A stretch of 64,000 nucleotides of DNA, taken from Paraspadella gotoi. Lineage: Eukaryota; Animalia; Chaetognatha. Positions 59,074-64,000 of this stretch are shown here, piece after piece (position 1 is the stretch's first letter; each line of letters starts with the position of its first letter). The notes under the pieces were generated by a model. It was not told where the DNA came from and did not search any database. It worked only from the letters and a program-made list of their open reading frames with translations. The DNA is taken from positions 18,144,321 through 18,208,320 of the forward strand of contig CM119264.1 of the NCBI GenBank assembly GCA_051294375.1. The letters run 5' to 3'. Position numbers and translations under genes: made by a program.

Positions 59074-59141
<68 letters not shown>

Positions 59142-59286
59142 CCTCTCTCTGCTCTGTCTCTCTCTCTTTCTCACATACACACGAACCAATGTCCATATCT
59201 TTCGCGCACATTCAAACCCTTACGCGCGAAACGCACGCACGCGCGACGCACACCCGCGCCTGGGTTTGCGAGATGGCGAGGCGTAC

Positions 59287-59349
<63 letters not shown>

Positions 59350-59357
59350 AGAGAGAG

Positions 59358-59412
<55 letters not shown>

Positions 59413-60938
59413 GCGACTGCGCGCGCGAACTTCATCTTTTCTCAAAACTCGGAATTGTTTTTCGCCCGTCGTCTTTTTCGAATGGAAGCGTCGGCATTTT
59501 GCGGAGATTTCATTTTTTTACGTGAAATGCAAATAAAATAAAATAAAATGTTAAACGTAAGCGACGAATTGTATTATTTTTACTCTTTTTTCTTTCGACG
59601 GGAAAAAGTCAAAACGCCTTCAGTTTTTCGTCGCGAGAAAGTTAATCATTTTTTCAACCAAATAAACTAGGAAAATATTTTTATTTTGCAAAAAATTTTT
59701 CCATAATTTAAACTCGCAACGAAAAGAGAGATTAAATACGATGTCAACAAAATAAACATATTTTTAGAAGAAAAAGAAAGGGGATTTTTTTTTTGCCTTC
59801 ACTTCTTAAGTTTTACTGAGGAGGTATTTCTTCTCCCACCCTTTGCACGAGTGGATTCTTATTTCAAAAGAGAGACAGACTTGTACGTTAACTCGGCGCC
59901 GAGTCTCCCGAGTGACAATAGAGAGAAAGAAAAGAGGGAGGAAAGAACGGAAAATAAAGGGGAAAAAAAGAAATAAAAAAGAAGTTATATATAAGAAGAA
60001 AAAAGAATATTTTTTTAAACAGAGACTCGAGAGCCATTTTTCACTCTTTTTCGCCCAACACAAAAATCGTTTCGTCGAGAAATTTTTTTTTTCCTTCATG
60101 ATTTTTTTATGAGAATCGATGCGTCGAACGAAACATCGGAGGACGGAAAATGAAGCGACGAACTGTGAGTCACGTGACGCGGAAAGAAGAGAAGAAAACA
60201 TCACGTGACGAAATATAAGGCCACAAAAAAAATATCACGTGACAAGAAAGATGAAGAGACGAAGAGCGAAAGTGAGTCTCACAAAACTTCCTCCGCGCAA
60301 AATGATGACATCGAGGGGAGGGAGGCATCAACTTATTTCGTCTCCTATCCTGTCGTTTATGAGTTCGGAAACTCGTAAAAAGTACAAGATGCGGGGAAAT
60401 TCCCGCCCATAAATTTTTTTTCCCGACATCTTTGAATGTCTTAATCATTTTTTTAGGCTAAAACTAAGTTATTCGTCGGCTATAACAATATTTGTGAAAG
60501 TAAAGAGAGAATAAAGTGAACGATTTTCTTTTAATTTTGTTTTTAGCGCTCGTATTCGATTAAATTGCGAGTTCATTTCACTAACACAACTGGGAACCCC
60601 CCCCCTCGGGCCCTCATCCCCTCATTTTCCATAAAAAAACTATTTTCCATGAAACATTTTTTATATTTTTTTTTTTGGTCGGAGGATATGATAAATTCTT
60701 TTCGGCAGCGCGAGGGAGAAATGCATATAATTAAAACCTTAATGGAGACACGGCAGAGAACTGGCGACGCCACCACCGCTCCCGCCGCCGCCGACGCCGC
60801 CGCCGCAACCGCAGCCAACGCGGAAAGGCCGTCCCGAAAATCATTTGCGTTTCTGGAGGAAGCACCTCCGGCCTGCGCAACATCTCGAGTATCACGAGAG
60901 ACCTTCATTTCCATGACCCATTCCCTCGCCGTATATTG

Positions 60939-60961
60939 ATGAGCTTATGCGCACCTCTCTC

Positions 60962-61034
<73 letters not shown>

Positions 61035-61333
61035 TTTCTCTCTTCTCTCTCTCATCTCTCATCTCTCCCTCTCACTAACACACTCACCTCTGGTACTACG
61101 CGGATTCATGCATTTCTGACTGGATTGTCCCTGGGAGCTTATGCGCACCTGTCTCTCTCTCTCTCTCTCTCTCTCGTCTTCTCTCTCTCTCTCTCTCTAT
61201 CTCTCTCTTTCTCTCTCTTTCTTCTCCTCACTCACTCACCTCTCCTCCCCTCTCACAACACACTCACATCTGGTACTACGCGGATTCAATGCATTTTTGA
61301 CTGGATTGTCCGCCTGGGAGCTTATGCGCACAG

Positions 61334-61365
<32 letters not shown>

Positions 61366-61461
61366 CTCTCCCCTCCCTCTCTACTAACACATTCACTCCT
61401 GTACTACGCGGATTCATGCATTTTTCACTGGATTGTCCGCCTGGGAGCTTATGCGCACCTG

Positions 61462-61517
<56 letters not shown>

Positions 61518-61648
61518 CTCTCATCTCTCTCTCCTCCCTTCCTCTCACTAACACATTCATCCCTGTACTACGCGGATTCATGCATTTTTCACTGGATTTG
61601 TCGCCTGGGAGCTTATGCGCACCTGTCCTCTCTCTCTCTCTCTCTCTC

Positions 61649-61700
<52 letters not shown>

Positions 61701-61778
61701 TCCCCTGCCCTCTCACGAACACATTCACTCCTGTACTACGCGGATATTGCATTTTTCACTGGATTGTCGCGCCTGGGA
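60939..61778. repeat. Composite tandem array: ~80-bp conserved core separated by variable (CT)n spacers, 5 near-full copies plus 1 partial
   Basis: Core ctcactaacacattcactcctgtactacgcggattcatgcatttttcactggattgtccgcctgggagcttatgcgcacctgtc at about 61071, 61251, 61381, 61543 and 61711 (3'-truncated). The 3' part alone occurs at 60939. Confidence 0.9.
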
Positions 61779-62419
61779 TCGTTTTGGGTTCGGCGTTCGC
61801 CGCCGAAATCGTCGGTGCGAAGATTTCGCTGGGATTTTTCTTCGTTGGCTTCGCGAATCATTAGCGATCGAAAGCGAAGGCGTCAGGCGTCGGGGAGGGA
61901 TGCTCCGTGGTGGTGAGGAAAGGGGGGTGAGTCGATCGCTAAGACGCTTTTCTTAAGTCTTTTCTTTTTCACTCCGTTTAAACCTTTAAATTTGTGTTCG
62001 TCGTTGTCGTCGTGTCGTCGTTGTCGTCGTTGTCGTGTTGTCGACATCTACGTCGTCGTCGTTGCCATCGTACGTAGTCGTTTTCGTCGTCTATCTTTGT
62101 CTTCGTCTTTGTCTTCGTTCACTTTCCCTTTAGCCATTTTATCTCGTTGTTCTTACCTTCGTTGTCCTTGTCCCCTTTGTCGTTGTCTCGGTCTCATTTG
62201 TCGTCTGTAACGTAACAGCCGACGGCGACCGATTCCGTCGCCGCCGAAAAAAAAAAATATCGTCGCTCACTTGAGTTCGCATAAACACTATTTGAACGCG
62301 GGAAAAAAAAAATGTTCATGAATAACAAAATCGACAATATTTACTTCTTACATTATGCAAGGCGACGGGGTAAACCAAGCGAAGCTTCGAATCATCAACT
62401 CCGGTTCCAATTCCCAGAC

Positions 62420-62604
62420 CCCGTCGTCGTTTTCGGCATCGTCGTCGTCGTCTTCGTCGTCGTCGTCGTCGTCGTCGTCGTCGGTTTTTTTGTCATCGTC
62501 GCTGTATTCTGCTTCGTCGTTTTCGGTCATTATTAGTGAATATCAAGGATTATTGATTAACATCGTCTTCGACGATATCATCCGAATGAACATCCGTATC
62601 ATTG

Positions 62605-62657
<53 letters not shown>

Positions 62658-62700
62658 GTCGTCGTCGTCGTCGTCGTCGTCTTCATTGTCGTCGTCCGAC
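62420..62700. repeat. (TCG)n/(TCA)n trinucleotide repeats
   Basis: tcg and atc runs that read as poly-Asp on the minus strand. Confidence 0.85.
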
Positions 62701-64000
62701 GCCTACGTGCATATAAACCGGTGCGTGCATTATTCAAGATGGTCCGTCGGATCCGGGAAATTCCTCCAGAGATTCGCGCGTCGCTCTACGTGACCCACAA
62801 TTCGCTCCTCGTTACTCGCGTCTTTAATGCGCGCGAATCCCTCGTCGTTCGTGCGAGCGCGTGTGTGCGCGAGAATATCGTACGTGCGAACGAGTATGCG
62901 TGTCGATGGCCCGGAAGAAACACTTGATGAAGAGCTCATTCGAACGTAGCAGAGGAGTTGTAAGAATGAGAAGATTCGTACAGCTTATTTGCATCATGGA
63001 ATTCACGGGTAAATTAAAAAAAATTTATTGGCAATTTTGTTAATTGGATTGAAGGAATAAAATTGGTAGTCTGCTCTGTATGCACGAAAAAAAGAAAGCG
63101 CTCACCATGTGAATTGCAAAAACATTGAACATTGACGTCAAAGTAATATATACTTATAGGCAGATTAATTGTAACAATGCAACCTATATGCTTATTTGGT
63201 TGTAAGTATTGTGGTTCGTTATAAAATACTCAAGTTAATCACAAGGCGTGAAACAGCTTAGAGTCATCGTGTTACATTTTAGGCTTTTGACACTGGCAAA
63301 CTTGGAGTCAGGTTTGTCACCAAAGTTTCGCCTTTTCAATACCACTTACGAGGAAATCCTGTCAAAGGGGGCGCGGCGTCGACGCAATGTCGACGACAAA
63401 TGAGACTCTAATGACGAGAAGAAGACGAATGGATCGACGACTGTCAAAAAACTATAATGACGACAACAATAACGACAAAGAAGAAATGGAAACGGAAATG
63501 AAAGAGAAAGAGACGAAGACGAATTAAAATAAAGGCGAAGAAAAGGACAATGATTAAAACGTGGAACGAGGAAGAAGAGTGATGAGAATTTCTTCTCATC
63601 CGAAGAAAAAGAAATTGACATAACGACGACATCATAGTCTCCTTGTCGGATACTAACTGCTCACTGTACCGAGCAGTGCTCAGTGAACTGCGTTCTTTAA
63701 AAAGCTAATCGTGAAATACGTCGCTGTTGTTTTTTGCTGGCCCTTCCAAGCGAAACGCGTTAAGCCGCGACGTCTTGTTGGAGAAGGTCGGCGACGACAA
63801 GGATTCCACTTTGTCCCTGGGGCAGCATTCGGATGAAGACGTCCTCAAAACCGGAGAAGAAGGTTGAGAAAAACAAACTCGAAACCCTATTCCTCTTCTC
63901 TCTTCCTTTATTTTCTTCCTGACGATTTTTCCCTATTCTATTCGAATCAACATTAGAAGTTTCAAACCTTCCAGGTTTTCAAAATTTTTCATTTTCCCTT

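Noticed and set aside
60939-61778. CRISPR array interpretation
   Set aside because: Eukaryotic context, 80-bp repeats, simple-sequence spacers and no cas genes.

Overview
Eukaryotic (metazoan) genomic DNA from a draft assembly. It is AT-rich, dense in (AG)n/(CT)n microsatellites, not obviously CpG-depleted, and has many N-gaps. Most of the ORF track is microsatellite noise. Manual splice reconstruction supports six genes: (1) an aspartoacylase (ASPA/ACY3 family; minus, 6 exons, frameshifts near the 5' end, one GC-AG intron); (2) an unrecognised spliced minus-strand gene ending in a polybasic/Cys-rich CaaX tail, lying antisense just upstream of the first visible ephrin exon; (3) an ephrin with a GPI-type tail (plus, at least 6 exons, first exon not found); (4) an intronless choline-transporter-like SLC44/CTL gene; (5) a divergent 8-exon actin; (6) IFT46. 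Also present are a 270-bp TIR element with a 4-bp TSD in an ASPA intron, an array of conserved ~80-bp cores separated by CT-microsatellite spacers, and several gap-flanking noisy duplications that look like long-read gap-filling artefacts. All calls come from reading the sequence by eye; no searches were run.
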